Below, piece after piece: positions 28,607-37,707 of a stretch of 64,000 nt of DNA. The notes below the pieces were generated by a model. It had not been told where the DNA came from, did not search any database, and worked only from the letters and a program-made list of their open reading frames with translations. Numbering within the stretch: position 1 is the first letter of the stretch; every line of letters begins with the position of its first letter. The stretch is from an uncultured Pseudomonadota bacterium (GTDB lineage Bacteria; Pseudomonadota; Alphaproteobacteria; Rs-D84), in the NCBI GenBank assembly GCA_902774285.1, contig CACYHO010000001.1, forward strand, positions 202,077 through 266,076. The letters run 5' to 3'. A program made the translations under genes and the position numbers.

Positions 28607-30121
28607 ATGAAAAAATATTCTATTTCGTTTTTATTGTTATTAATTACACCATGTGTGTGTTTTGGATCGTCCGCACGTTATACACAATTGGTTCGTCAAA
28701 AACAGCAAAAGATGGAACAATTGGAAAAATGTATGGGATCGAACAAGGCATTACAGATTGCTGGTGTTTCAACACTGGGTTTGACGGCTGTTGGTGTTGC
28801 TGGGAATATATACGAAGCAAAAATGATAAAAGATAATCAAAAAACATTAGAAAAAAAAGAAGCGACAATAACAGAAAAAACAGATGAATTAAAGAAAAAA
28901 GGGGACGATTTAACCAAGGCCGAAGCTGATTTGGAAAACGCAAAGAAATCCTGGGAAGATGCGCGTACATTGGAAAAAATTGTAGAACAAGATATTGCAA
29001 ATATTACAAGTCTTGATGTTGGTATTGGAAGTAAAGTTGTAACAAGTGGTTATGATCCATCTGCGTTGCCAGCTGGGGGGCAGAAAAATAGGTTAGCATC
29101 TGCTATTATTGGTTTTATTAGAAAATGTAAACAATTGAAAGGTAATGGTATAAAAAATGTAAGTTTGTCGGATGCTGATAACCCAACGTGGCAGAATAAT
29201 GATGGTACTATATCAGCAGATGCTATGACAAAGTATTGGGACAAGACAGATGAATTTATTGTTATGGAATGTAAATTGATTGAATGTGAAGAATCAACAC
29301 CTTATCGTGCCGGGGATGAATGTGTTGAAAAAGAAACAACAGCAATTGAAGAAAAAAGTGCTCCAACAGCAGTAGCAGCCCCAGCAGCCCCAGTAGAAAA
29401 AACAAAGAAAGGGAATAAATCTGATGAAGCTAAAAAAGAAGAACCTAAAAAACTGATACAAGAAAAAGCTGCTTTAAAAGAACCAAAAAAATGTAATAAA
29501 ACAACATTGGATCAAGTAAAGGCAAAAGATGGTATTGTCGAAGATGGCAAATGTAAAGTGACGACTTGCAAAGGAAATTTAAGAAAAACCAAGGATGGTT
29601 TAAGTTGTGAATGTCCAGGAAATGATTATAAGTGGGATGCAGGAAAACAAACTTGTGTACAAGAAACGCCTGTGGCACCAGTTGTTAAAAACGAAAAATT
29701 GTCTAACGGGTCTGATAAGCCAGAAAACATTGACGATTTTAAAGATGTCAAAGTAACTTTCAATCAGGGCGTGGCATTGGCAAATTTGTATGCAGAAAAA
29801 TATAGATTGAATTTTGATTGTGAATCTGGATACAAGCCTGGTTCTGATGATTATTTAACCTGCAGGGAAAGCAGTGGGAAAAAATATGTGTTTCATTTTG
29901 ATTCTTTAACCGGTGGATCTGATAACACACCTGTATTAAAAGTTTTGTGCAAAATGTACAGCGGAACAGATATAAAACGCATAGGAGGAAATAAAATTTT
30001 ATGCCAAGGTATAGATTTAGGTTTGTGTGACCATATGAACGGTTCTTTAAAAAAGGTTTTGCCTAACGTGTCTGCAGGTAAACAAAACGATGGTTTAGGT
30101 GAAATGTGTGTGTTTTATTGA
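28607..30121 (+). CDS. hypothetical secreted protein: N-terminal coiled-coil/glycine-zipper module + Pro/Ala/Lys linker + Cys-rich C-terminal region (504 aa)
   Basis: Signal peptide. EKCMGSNKALQIAGVSTLGLTAVGVAGNI parallels the previous ORF. Linker APTAVAAPAAPVEKTKK...EPKK. C-terminal 250 aa has ~20 Cys in CxC/CxxC patterns. Confidence 0.55.
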   Translation: MKKYSISFLLLLITPCVCFGSSARYTQLVRQKQQKMEQLEKCMGSNKALQIAGVSTLGLTAVGVAGNIYEAKMIKDNQKTLEKKEATITEKTDELKKKGDDLTKAEADLENAKKSWEDARTLEKIVEQDIANITSLDVGIGSKVVTSGYDPSALPAGGQKNRLASAIIGFIRKCKQLKGNGIKNVSLSDADNPTWQNNDGTISADAMTKYWDKTDEFIVMECKLIECEESTPYRAGDECVEKETTAIEEKSAPTAVAAPAAPVEKTKKGNKSDEAKKEEPKKLIQEKAALKEPKKCNKTTLDQVKAKDGIVEDGKCKVTTCKGNLRKTKDGLSCECPGNDYKWDAGKQTCVQETPVAPVVKNEKLSNGSDKPENIDDFKDVKVTFNQGVALANLYAEKYRLNFDCESGYKPGSDDYLTCRESSGKKYVFHFDSLTGGSDNTPVLKVLCKMYSGTDIKRIGGNKILCQGIDLGLCDHMNGSLKKVLPNVSAGKQNDGLGEMCVFY

Positions 30122-30127
30122 TATAGC

Positions 30128-30152
30128 AACCGCCATATCGGCGGTTTTTTTA
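30128..30152. terminator. bidirectional terminator (CCGCCATATCGGCGG + T-run) between convergent genes
   Basis: 5-bp GC stem flanked by A-rich and T-rich tracts. Confidence 0.5.
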
Positions 30153-30899
30153 ATGTGTTTTTTGCCATTGATTTGCACGATTGATATATGCACGTGCCAA
30201 ATCAGTGTCAAACAGTGCCTTTTCTTCAAACAGTGTTTGTGATTTCAGTTTGCCTTCGGCATCACACCATATTTCATTGTCGCCAACAACCTTTTCAATT
30301 TTCTTCAGGTTGCCAACAATATTATCTGGTGATAATCCACCGCTGTATCCCATTGGGTGTTCGGCGTATATTGGTTTTTGCCAATTTTCTGGCGATATGC
30401 CATTGCCACCGCTTGCATCAAAAAGCAGCGAAAATTTTGCCCCACTTTTATGCAATTTTTCGATAGCATCTTTTGTTTTGTCATTGTATTGGAATATAAA
30501 TTCTGTATGCCTGAAATCATAAAGAACACCACGCAAAGCAATTATATTTATATTATCAGCAGTGTTTTTTGACATGTTTAATTGAACACGCTTTATAAGT
30601 GGTTTATTGGGCAGCCTTTCGATTTTCATCCAATCATAAATAATATCTGGGATATAGCCACGTGTGCATATATCATTCGACCATTCGTTGTTGATGTGTA
30701 TTGCCAAATTTATATTACGAAGCCCTTTTGCGTCGCGTAACAATTCATTAAACCATACATTGCGGGGTTGGTTCGCTGACATTTTACTTGGGTGACATTG
30801 AACAGCGATTTCTGCGTGTCTTTTTTGTGATAATTCAATAATAGATTTCACCGAATTATGTTCGCGGGGGTCGGAACATGTTATGTATCTTAATTTCAT
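30150..30899 (-). CDS. TrpF-like (phosphoribosylanthranilate isomerase family) TIM-barrel protein
   Basis: KLRYITCSDPRE matches the KICG[IL]TRxED N-terminus. LLFDASGGNGISPENW matches LLDSGGGTGxxFDW. GYSGGLSPDNI matches LAGGLxPxNV. 249 aa, longer than canonical TrpF. Confidence 0.5.
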   Translation of the reverse strand: MKLRYITCSDPREHNSVKSIIELSQKRHAEIAVQCHPSKMSANQPRNVWFNELLRDAKGLRNINLAIHINNEWSNDICTRGYIPDIIYDWMKIERLPNKPLIKRVQLNMSKNTADNINIIALRGVLYDFRHTEFIFQYNDKTKDAIEKLHKSGAKFSLLFDASGGNGISPENWQKPIYAEHPMGYSGGLSPDNIVGNLKKIEKVVGDNEIWCDAEGKLKSQTLFEEKALFDTDLARAYINRANQWQKTH

Positions 30900-32002
30900 T
30901 TTTTACCTTTCGCGTTTTTAAGTCTTAATTGGCCACATGCCGAACCAATATCTGCCCCCCTTTCGCGTCTGATTCGTGTATGAATTCCATTTTTTATTAA
31001 AATATCTTGGAATTTGTGAACTGCATTTCCAGAAATGGAAGCAAAGTCGCGTTCGTCCACTGCGTTCCATGGTATTAAATTTACCATAACATTATGACCG
31101 CGCATTAATTCAACAAGTTTGTTCGCATAGTCTTCATTTGCATTATAAAGCACCACAGAACCGTTTTTGTCTTTTTTGCCAAGAAGTATATATTCAATCA
31201 TTAATTGGCGATTGTGCGTGTCTGAAAATGCAAATGCGGCATCCAAAACTTCGTGTAATTTATATTTATTATTTATAGGCATAATTTGTGAACGCAATTC
31301 ATCGATTGGTGCGTGCAAAGATATTGCCAAATTGATTGGTCGTCCCCATTTGTTTAATTCGTTTATGCCCGGCACGATGCCACAAGTTGAAACTGTTATA
31401 CGGCGCCAGGATATATTCAATTCACCATTTGCGCGTTCCAAAAATCCAATTACATTTTCAGTGTTCTGTAATGGTTCGCCGGTTCCCATAACAACAATAT
31501 GCGAAACATCACCATTATTCGCATCACCGTTTGGATGAATATCTTTTTTATCAATTCTGTCGCTTCTTAATTCCCATTGGGCAGTTAAAACCTGGGCATA
31601 CATTTCGTTAACTGTTAAATTGCGTTTAAGTCCCAATAATGTTGATGCGCAAAACTTGCACCCCATCGCACAACCGGCCTGAGATGAAACACAAACGCTG
31701 TTACCATATGTTGTGCGCATCAAAACACATTCAATTTGTTCACAGTCATTTAATTCCAATAAAAATTTAGTTGTTTGGTTATCACTGCTTTCCAATTTTT
31801 TAACAATTTTTAATGGTAATGTTTCGGCGATTTCGCTTAATTTATTACGCAAATCTTCTGGTATGTTTTTCATAACGCTGAAATCTGGTGCGCCACGGTT
31901 TAACCATTCGCGAATTTGTTTTGCGCGAAAACGCGGTTGTCCCAAATCAGTGACAAATTGTTCCAGTTCAGAATCGTTTAAATTGAAAAGAATTGTTTTC
32001 AT
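30896..32002 (-). CDS. rlmN: 23S rRNA (adenine2503-C2)/tRNA methyltransferase RlmN (radical SAM)
   Basis: SSQAGCAMGCKFCAST CxxxCxxC motif, MGTGEPL, and C-terminal Cys (GSACGQL). 368 aa. Confidence 0.88.
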   Translation of the reverse strand: MKTILFNLNDSELEQFVTDLGQPRFRAKQIREWLNRGAPDFSVMKNIPEDLRNKLSEIAETLPLKIVKKLESSDNQTTKFLLELNDCEQIECVLMRTTYGNSVCVSSQAGCAMGCKFCASTLLGLKRNLTVNEMYAQVLTAQWELRSDRIDKKDIHPNGDANNGDVSHIVVMGTGEPLQNTENVIGFLERANGELNISWRRITVSTCGIVPGINELNKWGRPINLAISLHAPIDELRSQIMPINNKYKLHEVLDAAFAFSDTHNRQLMIEYILLGKKDKNGSVVLYNANEDYANKLVELMRGHNVMVNLIPWNAVDERDFASISGNAVHKFQDILIKNGIHTRIRRERGADIGSACGQLRLKNAKGKK

Positions 32003-32823
32003 AATTTATATCTGTCGTCGTTAACAATAATTACGGCCTTGCGACGCAATTGTTTTAATTGTTGTTCGCCGGCAGCCATTGCCTTTTTATAAGTTGCGTT
32101 TTGTTTAATTATTTTATCCAAGTTTTTATATTCTTTACCTTTCTTTTCACTGCATACCAGAAACACAGTTCCTTTGTCATTTTTAGACCAAGTGAGTTGT
32201 GGTAGATCTGCAATTTTTTCACGGACCTCTGGTGCCAATTCATATTGCATCGCTGTTATTTTTTGTGGATATCCGCCCAGTTTTTCAACCATTTGTTCTG
32301 CCATATCGCAATTTGATGGCTTGCTTAATTTTGTATAAACATCATTTGGTACATCAACAAGGCGCAACATAGTTATTTCGATTGGTAATCCGTGTTCGCG
32401 GGCAAGCGATGTGCGTTCTTCATCAATATCCGATTGTGCTATTTCAAGATCTGGGACGACGGTTCGTGCCATCACAACATTCCATGCGATATTTGCGCGG
32501 ACGGCCAAACGCGCCATTGCGCGTGTTGTTGCGCCCATTTCACCCAAATTCATTTGCTTGATTTCTTTATCTGCATCTTTATCAGTCGGTTTAACATTAT
32601 AATTAGCTGCATAATTCAATTTTATATAATCATCAATTATGTTTTGAAAAGCCTGTTTGCGATTGTTGGTTGATACTTTGCCTTGTTTTGCCATCAATTC
32701 TGTGCGGGCAGTTATATCAGCATCTGTTATAGGGTTTCCGTTAACAGAACCTATTACAGTTGCCGCATTGGCACAATTAATTCCAATAAAAGTAAATATA
32801 AAAATATTAAGGAATTTTTTCAT
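31999..32823 (-). CDS. SurA N-terminal-domain-like periplasmic chaperone lacking recognisable parvulin domains
   Basis: Signal peptide, then a helical region similar to the SurA N-domain (NGNPITDADITARTELMAKQ...). Located immediately downstream of lptD, in the conserved lptD-surA context. 274 aa. Confidence 0.5.
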   Translation of the reverse strand: MKKFLNIFIFTFIGINCANAATVIGSVNGNPITDADITARTELMAKQGKVSTNNRKQAFQNIIDDYIKLNYAANYNVKPTDKDADKEIKQMNLGEMGATTRAMARLAVRANIAWNVVMARTVVPDLEIAQSDIDEERTSLAREHGLPIEITMLRLVDVPNDVYTKLSKPSNCDMAEQMVEKLGGYPQKITAMQYELAPEVREKIADLPQLTWSKNDKGTVFLVCSEKKGKEYKNLDKIIKQNATYKKAMAAGEQQLKQLRRKAVIIVNDDRYKL

Positions 32824-32838
32824 CTTTCTTTTCCTTCT

Positions 32839-34857
32839 TTAATAATGTTTGCCATCAATGCTCATACCAAATTTAAACTGAAATGTTGTGTTCCCAACAT
32901 AGTCTTCTTTTGTTGCGTTATCACGTTGGTACCCAAAAGAGAAATAATAGCACGGGTGTTCATAGAATATACCACCAGAATGTCTTTGGATAATATGTTC
33001 ATATGCGTTAAATATCACAGATTCTTTGATATTTATTCTTTTGGTAATTTGTAATCCAGCGCCAGCAGCAACTTCATGAGTATCTTTGTTATTAGTATTA
33101 ACAACATCAATAGGTTTTGTATCCCAAATGTGCCCAAGTGTTACATAATTGTTTCCGCTGCCGATATAGATTGAATTTTCAATATGATTTAATTTCATGG
33201 TGTCACGATCATTACGAAAACGACTTGATATTTCAAAAAAACTTCTTGAATAAGCTATGCGTCCAACATAATCTGAAAAACCATTTCTGAAACCGTTATC
33301 GTACCCGTCATCCGTATTTAAATCATATGTCTGTCCCAAGAATACTTCAATATTGTTTTTGCTGTTAAATGCAGCCCAACGTGCACCATAATCTATAAAA
33401 TCACCGTTTTCCCATTGATCATATCCTGCATATCGATTGTCTGAAAATAACGTTGTATCAGATAAAAAACGACCATCAGAATCAGTATCTTTTGCAAATA
33501 CAGAATTTTTCTTGTCTGTGTGTTGCATGATTGTTAAACGTGCGCGCGGTTCTATGATATATGTCCAATCTGATTGTGCGCTGTATAATGGTAAACCCCA
33601 TTCAATATAACCACTTGGTAAGAATCTTGTTTTTGTCCCGGTAAACGCAGTAGTACCATCTGCCATATCTGTGTTTTCAAAATTGTACACATCGTATCGT
33701 GTCGAAGCGCTAAGTGTTATTCTGTTTCCACCCCAAAGTGTCCAAGGTGAAGTTATTCGTGCTTCACCAATTATGCGTTGGTTATCGGTTGTTTCACCAG
33801 ATACTGCCAATACATCACCTGATAATGAAAAATAAGTTTCGTGCCAGAAAGGGTCTGATTGATATGTTCCACGAATGTTTGGCAAAATATTACCTGATGC
33901 AATTTGTTGATTTGCTTCCGGTGTACGTAATTCCTGGAAGATGTGAGCATCAGCAACGACATAACTGGTTTGACCAAATAATTCTAGTTTTGCCCCAGAA
34001 TCAAGGTATGGTTGATAATCATAAAAATTATATTTTTGAAGATATGTTTTATCTGATGTTCGTGCGATATATATTGTGGATCGTGCGTTTTCACCCAATT
34101 CAATCACGTCGTCATTATACAAATGCCAACGATTCTTGCCTGCTTTGTTATGAGTAAAAGAACCTTTTGTTCTAAATTCTGAATGTGTCAGGTTTAATCT
34201 GTGTTCTGCTTGTAATAATGGATTTTCATTCGTCAGATAAGAAAATGTCGGTGTTAAATCATGTCGATCAGATATGTTGATATAAACAGGTATATTTATT
34301 TGGGTGCCCATACCGTTTGTAGAATTAAAACTTGGTGCCAATAAACCTGATTTGTATTTCACGCTTGGGTCTGGCATTTCATAATACGGCAACCAAAAAA
34401 TAGGCAGGTTGTTATCATAAACCCAAAATGACGGGTTATGAAAATATAACATTTTTTCTTCGGCATCGTGGATAATAGTGTTTGCGTGTATATCCCATGC
34501 GTTTCCGTAAGCATCACATCCGTCACATGCTGTAAAATCAGCGTGTTTAGCAATTGTTTCGTCACCACTGCGTGTAATAGAATCTGCTTTGATATAAACA
34601 TGACTGCCCAACCATAGTTCGATATCGCTAGCGGCAATATTATCTTGCTTTTTAGATAAAGATAATTCGTTTAATTTTACACGTTGTCCTGCATCATTTG
34701 TTATTTCTGTATTGCCGGATGTTTTTATTTCTTCTGATTTTAAATTGTAATAAACTTTGTCTGATTTTATTGTTTTTGGTTCTTCCATATCAATCCCCAA
34801 ACAAAAAGCATTTGTTGTAATCAAACACATCAGTAAAGATAATTTTATGCTTTTCAT
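32839..34857 (-). CDS. lptD: LPS-assembly outer membrane protein LptD
   Basis: 672 aa. Signal peptide, N-terminal OstA-like region with a Cys pair (FTACDGC), an FWLPYYEMPDPSVKYKSGLLAPSF-type motif, and a long Tyr/Gly/Asn-rich beta-barrel. Confidence 0.75.
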   Translation of the reverse strand: MKSIKLSLLMCLITTNAFCLGIDMEEPKTIKSDKVYYNLKSEEIKTSGNTEITNDAGQRVKLNELSLSKKQDNIAASDIELWLGSHVYIKADSITRSGDETIAKHADFTACDGCDAYGNAWDIHANTIIHDAEEKMLYFHNPSFWVYDNNLPIFWLPYYEMPDPSVKYKSGLLAPSFNSTNGMGTQINIPVYINISDRHDLTPTFSYLTNENPLLQAEHRLNLTHSEFRTKGSFTHNKAGKNRWHLYNDDVIELGENARSTIYIARTSDKTYLQKYNFYDYQPYLDSGAKLELFGQTSYVVADAHIFQELRTPEANQQIASGNILPNIRGTYQSDPFWHETYFSLSGDVLAVSGETTDNQRIIGEARITSPWTLWGGNRITLSASTRYDVYNFENTDMADGTTAFTGTKTRFLPSGYIEWGLPLYSAQSDWTYIIEPRARLTIMQHTDKKNSVFAKDTDSDGRFLSDTTLFSDNRYAGYDQWENGDFIDYGARWAAFNSKNNIEVFLGQTYDLNTDDGYDNGFRNGFSDYVGRIAYSRSFFEISSRFRNDRDTMKLNHIENSIYIGSGNNYVTLGHIWDTKPIDVVNTNNKDTHEVAAGAGLQITKRINIKESVIFNAYEHIIQRHSGGIFYEHPCYYFSFGYQRDNATKEDYVGNTTFQFKFGMSIDGKHY

Positions 34858-35915
34858 TTCTTTAGTAATAAACCAACCAGAATAAATAATAAACCGATTA
34901 CACCCAATGATAACAAACCAACTTCTGTCAAACTGGTTACCATATTAGACATAGACATGTAAAGCGCCATAACCACTGCCATACCAAGAACCGCCATAGC
35001 TGGTGCAAAACTGGCACGACGGCGTAAAAGAGATGATTTTAACAACACCAGAGTACATATAATCGCCAATATTATATCCAACAAAGGATTTATTATTCGT
35101 GTGCATATTTCTACCAAAGTTAATTTGTGTTGGCGGAAATCTTCTTGTGAAAATACTGTTTTCAACAGAGTCCAAGTTGGAATTCTGCGAACACGAAAAG
35201 ATGCATCTTTATCATTTTCAACCAAATTCAAATCCATGTCCATATTGTCAAATGTTCCAGTGGTAAAACCATTTCGTCCCTTAATTTGTAATGAACCGTT
35301 ATCTGTGACAATAGAAAGACCATGGACAGTTGAAACCAATTTACCGCGTTGGGCAAAAACCAACAACTGGTTTCCTTCTTCGCGCATATCAGACAGCATG
35401 ACTTGATTTAAATCATGACCAGAAACATTATCAACGTAAACTACTAATCCGTCAGCTAATCTTGTAAATGCAGATTCTTGTAATTTTAAATGTGCCAAAC
35501 CATAACGTAAATTCCATTGAGTGCTGTAAAACATTGCTTGGCTTGCCGGAACCAACCACAAATTTAACACAAGATGAGCAACTGCTATCCATATCGATAA
35601 TTTTACTGCTGGTTTCGCAATTTGCCATGGCGAAAGCCCAGAAGCAGCCATAACTGTTACTTCGTTTTCGGTTATCATCTTGTTATAAATAAAAATCGTG
35701 GCAATGAATGTTACAAAAGGGATAATAATTGATATTATAAACGGTATCATTAATGATGTAAGATATACAAAGCTGGTGAATTTTATCCCATAACTTAACA
35801 AGAATTTCATCATAGACATAATCTGCATCATCCATGCTAATCCTGTTAAAATTAGCAACAGCATGACAAATATACCTAGCAATTGACGCCTAAAATATCT
35901 GTTAATGATTTTCAT
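34854..35915 (-). CDS. LptF/LptG-family (YjgP/YjgQ) LPS export permease
   Basis: 353 aa with 6 predicted TM helices and a central periplasmic beta-jellyroll-like region. Adjacent to lptD. Confidence 0.7.
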   Translation of the reverse strand: MKIINRYFRRQLLGIFVMLLLILTGLAWMMQIMSMMKFLLSYGIKFTSFVYLTSLMIPFIISIIIPFVTFIATIFIYNKMITENEVTVMAASGLSPWQIAKPAVKLSIWIAVAHLVLNLWLVPASQAMFYSTQWNLRYGLAHLKLQESAFTRLADGLVVYVDNVSGHDLNQVMLSDMREEGNQLLVFAQRGKLVSTVHGLSIVTDNGSLQIKGRNGFTTGTFDNMDMDLNLVENDKDASFRVRRIPTWTLLKTVFSQEDFRQHKLTLVEICTRIINPLLDIILAIICTLVLLKSSLLRRRASFAPAMAVLGMAVVMALYMSMSNMVTSLTEVGLLSLGVIGLLFILVGLLLKK

Positions 35916-36063
35916 AATTATAAAGTATAAAGCCCAAAAGCGACACCGTCAAGCAACAAAGATAATAATATATGTTAGTTTTACATTAATATTACTTCAT
36001 TTTTTGCTTGATTTTTGACGATTCGAACATAATAATATATCGTGTTCTTAAAATAAGTTTTAA

Positions 36064-36092
36064 GGGCGGGGTTATAAAAACCCCGCTCTTTT
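36064..36092 (+). terminator. terminator-like hairpin (GGGCGGGG...CCCCGCTC + TTTT) in nusA 5' leader; possible attenuator
   Basis: 8-bp stem with one G:U pair, ~40 nt upstream of the nusA start. No plus-strand gene upstream. Confidence 0.4.
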
Positions 36093-36131
36093 AAATAAAA
36101 GGCAATAAAAACAACATCTAAGGAGATACAA

Positions 36132-37676
36132 ATGTCTTTTGAATCTATGCCACGTCAAGACTTGTTATTAGCGATTGATTCTTTGGCTCAAGAAAAAATG
36201 ATAGATCGTGAAACTGTTATTGAATCTTTGGAAGCGGCTATCGCAAAAATCGCAAAACACAAATATGGCGAAGAATTTAATATTGTTGCACAAATAGATC
36301 GTAAAAATGGTGCAATACATGTTAAACGTTTGTTTGAAGTTATTGAATCACCAGAAGCAAAAGGTGATGAATATGATGCAAACACAATGTTGACCGTGGA
36401 AAAAGCAAAAAAATATGCTGATAATCCACAAGTTGGTGACGTCGTTGAAGATATGTTACCAGAACCTGAATTTGGTCGTATGGCATTCCAAACTGCACGT
36501 CAAATTATGACTGCACGTGTTCGTGATGCAGAAAAGGGTAATCAATACGAAGAATTCAAAGACAACATTGGTGATATTGTAAATGGTGTTGTTAAACGTA
36601 TTGAATTTGGAAATGTTTTTGTTGATATTAATGGCAAAGCCGAAGGTTATATTAAAAATACTGAATTAATCCCAGGTGAACGTTTGGCAGTCGGTGATCG
36701 TGTTCGTGCTTTGATTATGGATGTTGTTCGTTCTAATACAGGTCCACAAATATTCTTAACAAGAACACACCCAAGTTTCATGGAAAAATTATTCACACAA
36801 GAAGTTCCAGAAATTTACGAAGGTATTATTAAAATTAAATCTGTATCTCGTGCACCAGGATCTCATGCTAAAATCGCTGTTGAAACACAAGATCCATCTA
36901 TTGATGCTGTTGGTATGACAGTTGGTATCAAGGGAACACGTATACAACCTGTGATAAATGAATGCCACGGTGAAAAAATCGATGTTATTTTGTATTCAGA
37001 AGATCCAGCGGTATTTATTGTTAACGCAATGCAACCTGCAAAAGTCGCAAAGATTATCGTTGATGAAGATACGCATACAGCAGCTGTTGTTGTAACAGAA
37101 GATCAACAATCTTTGGCAATTGGTCGTCGCGGTCAAAATGTTCGCCTTGCTTCTCAATTAACTGGTTGGAACATTGATGTTATGAGTGAAGCTGAAGAAC
37201 AAGAACGTCGTGCAAAAGAATTCAAAGAAAAGACAGAATTGTTTACCAGTGCGCTGGATGTTGATGATACAATTGCTCAATTATTAATCACAGAAGGTTT
37301 CAGAACAATCGAAGAAATTGCTTATGTTGAACAATCAGAATTGGAATCTATCGAAGGATTCAATGCTGAATTGGCAACAGAATTACAAAATCGTGCAAAA
37401 GCTTATCTTGCAAAAATCGAACAAGATTATTTCGATAAAGGACACAAGATGGGTATGAGTGACGATTTGTTGAAATTTGATTTCATTAAACGTCCAATCA
37501 TTATGAAGTTGGGTGAAAACGATGTTAAATCATTATCTGATTTGGCTGACCTTGCTTCCGATGAATTGGTTGAAATTCTGGGTGAAGACAATATGTCACA
37601 ACGTTTGGCAGAACGTGTTGTTATGAAAGCACGTGAATTGGCATACGGTATTGTTCCAGAAGAAGACGCAGAATAA
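36132..37676 (+). CDS. nusA: transcription termination/antitermination factor NusA
   Basis: N-terminal domain, S1 domain, KH repeats (IGRRGQNVRLASQLTGWNIDV) and acidic C-terminal repeats. 514 aa. Confidence 0.92.
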   Translation: MSFESMPRQDLLLAIDSLAQEKMIDRETVIESLEAAIAKIAKHKYGEEFNIVAQIDRKNGAIHVKRLFEVIESPEAKGDEYDANTMLTVEKAKKYADNPQVGDVVEDMLPEPEFGRMAFQTARQIMTARVRDAEKGNQYEEFKDNIGDIVNGVVKRIEFGNVFVDINGKAEGYIKNTELIPGERLAVGDRVRALIMDVVRSNTGPQIFLTRTHPSFMEKLFTQEVPEIYEGIIKIKSVSRAPGSHAKIAVETQDPSIDAVGMTVGIKGTRIQPVINECHGEKIDVILYSEDPAVFIVNAMQPAKVAKIIVDEDTHTAAVVVTEDQQSLAIGRRGQNVRLASQLTGWNIDVMSEAEEQERRAKEFKEKTELFTSALDVDDTIAQLLITEGFRTIEEIAYVEQSELESIEGFNAELATELQNRAKAYLAKIEQDYFDKGHKMGMSDDLLKFDFIKRPIIMKLGENDVKSLSDLADLASDELVEILGEDNMSQRLAERVVMKARELAYGIVPEEDAE

Positions 37677-37707
37677 TAAAAGGCAAAATATAACCAAAGG
37701 TTAAAAA

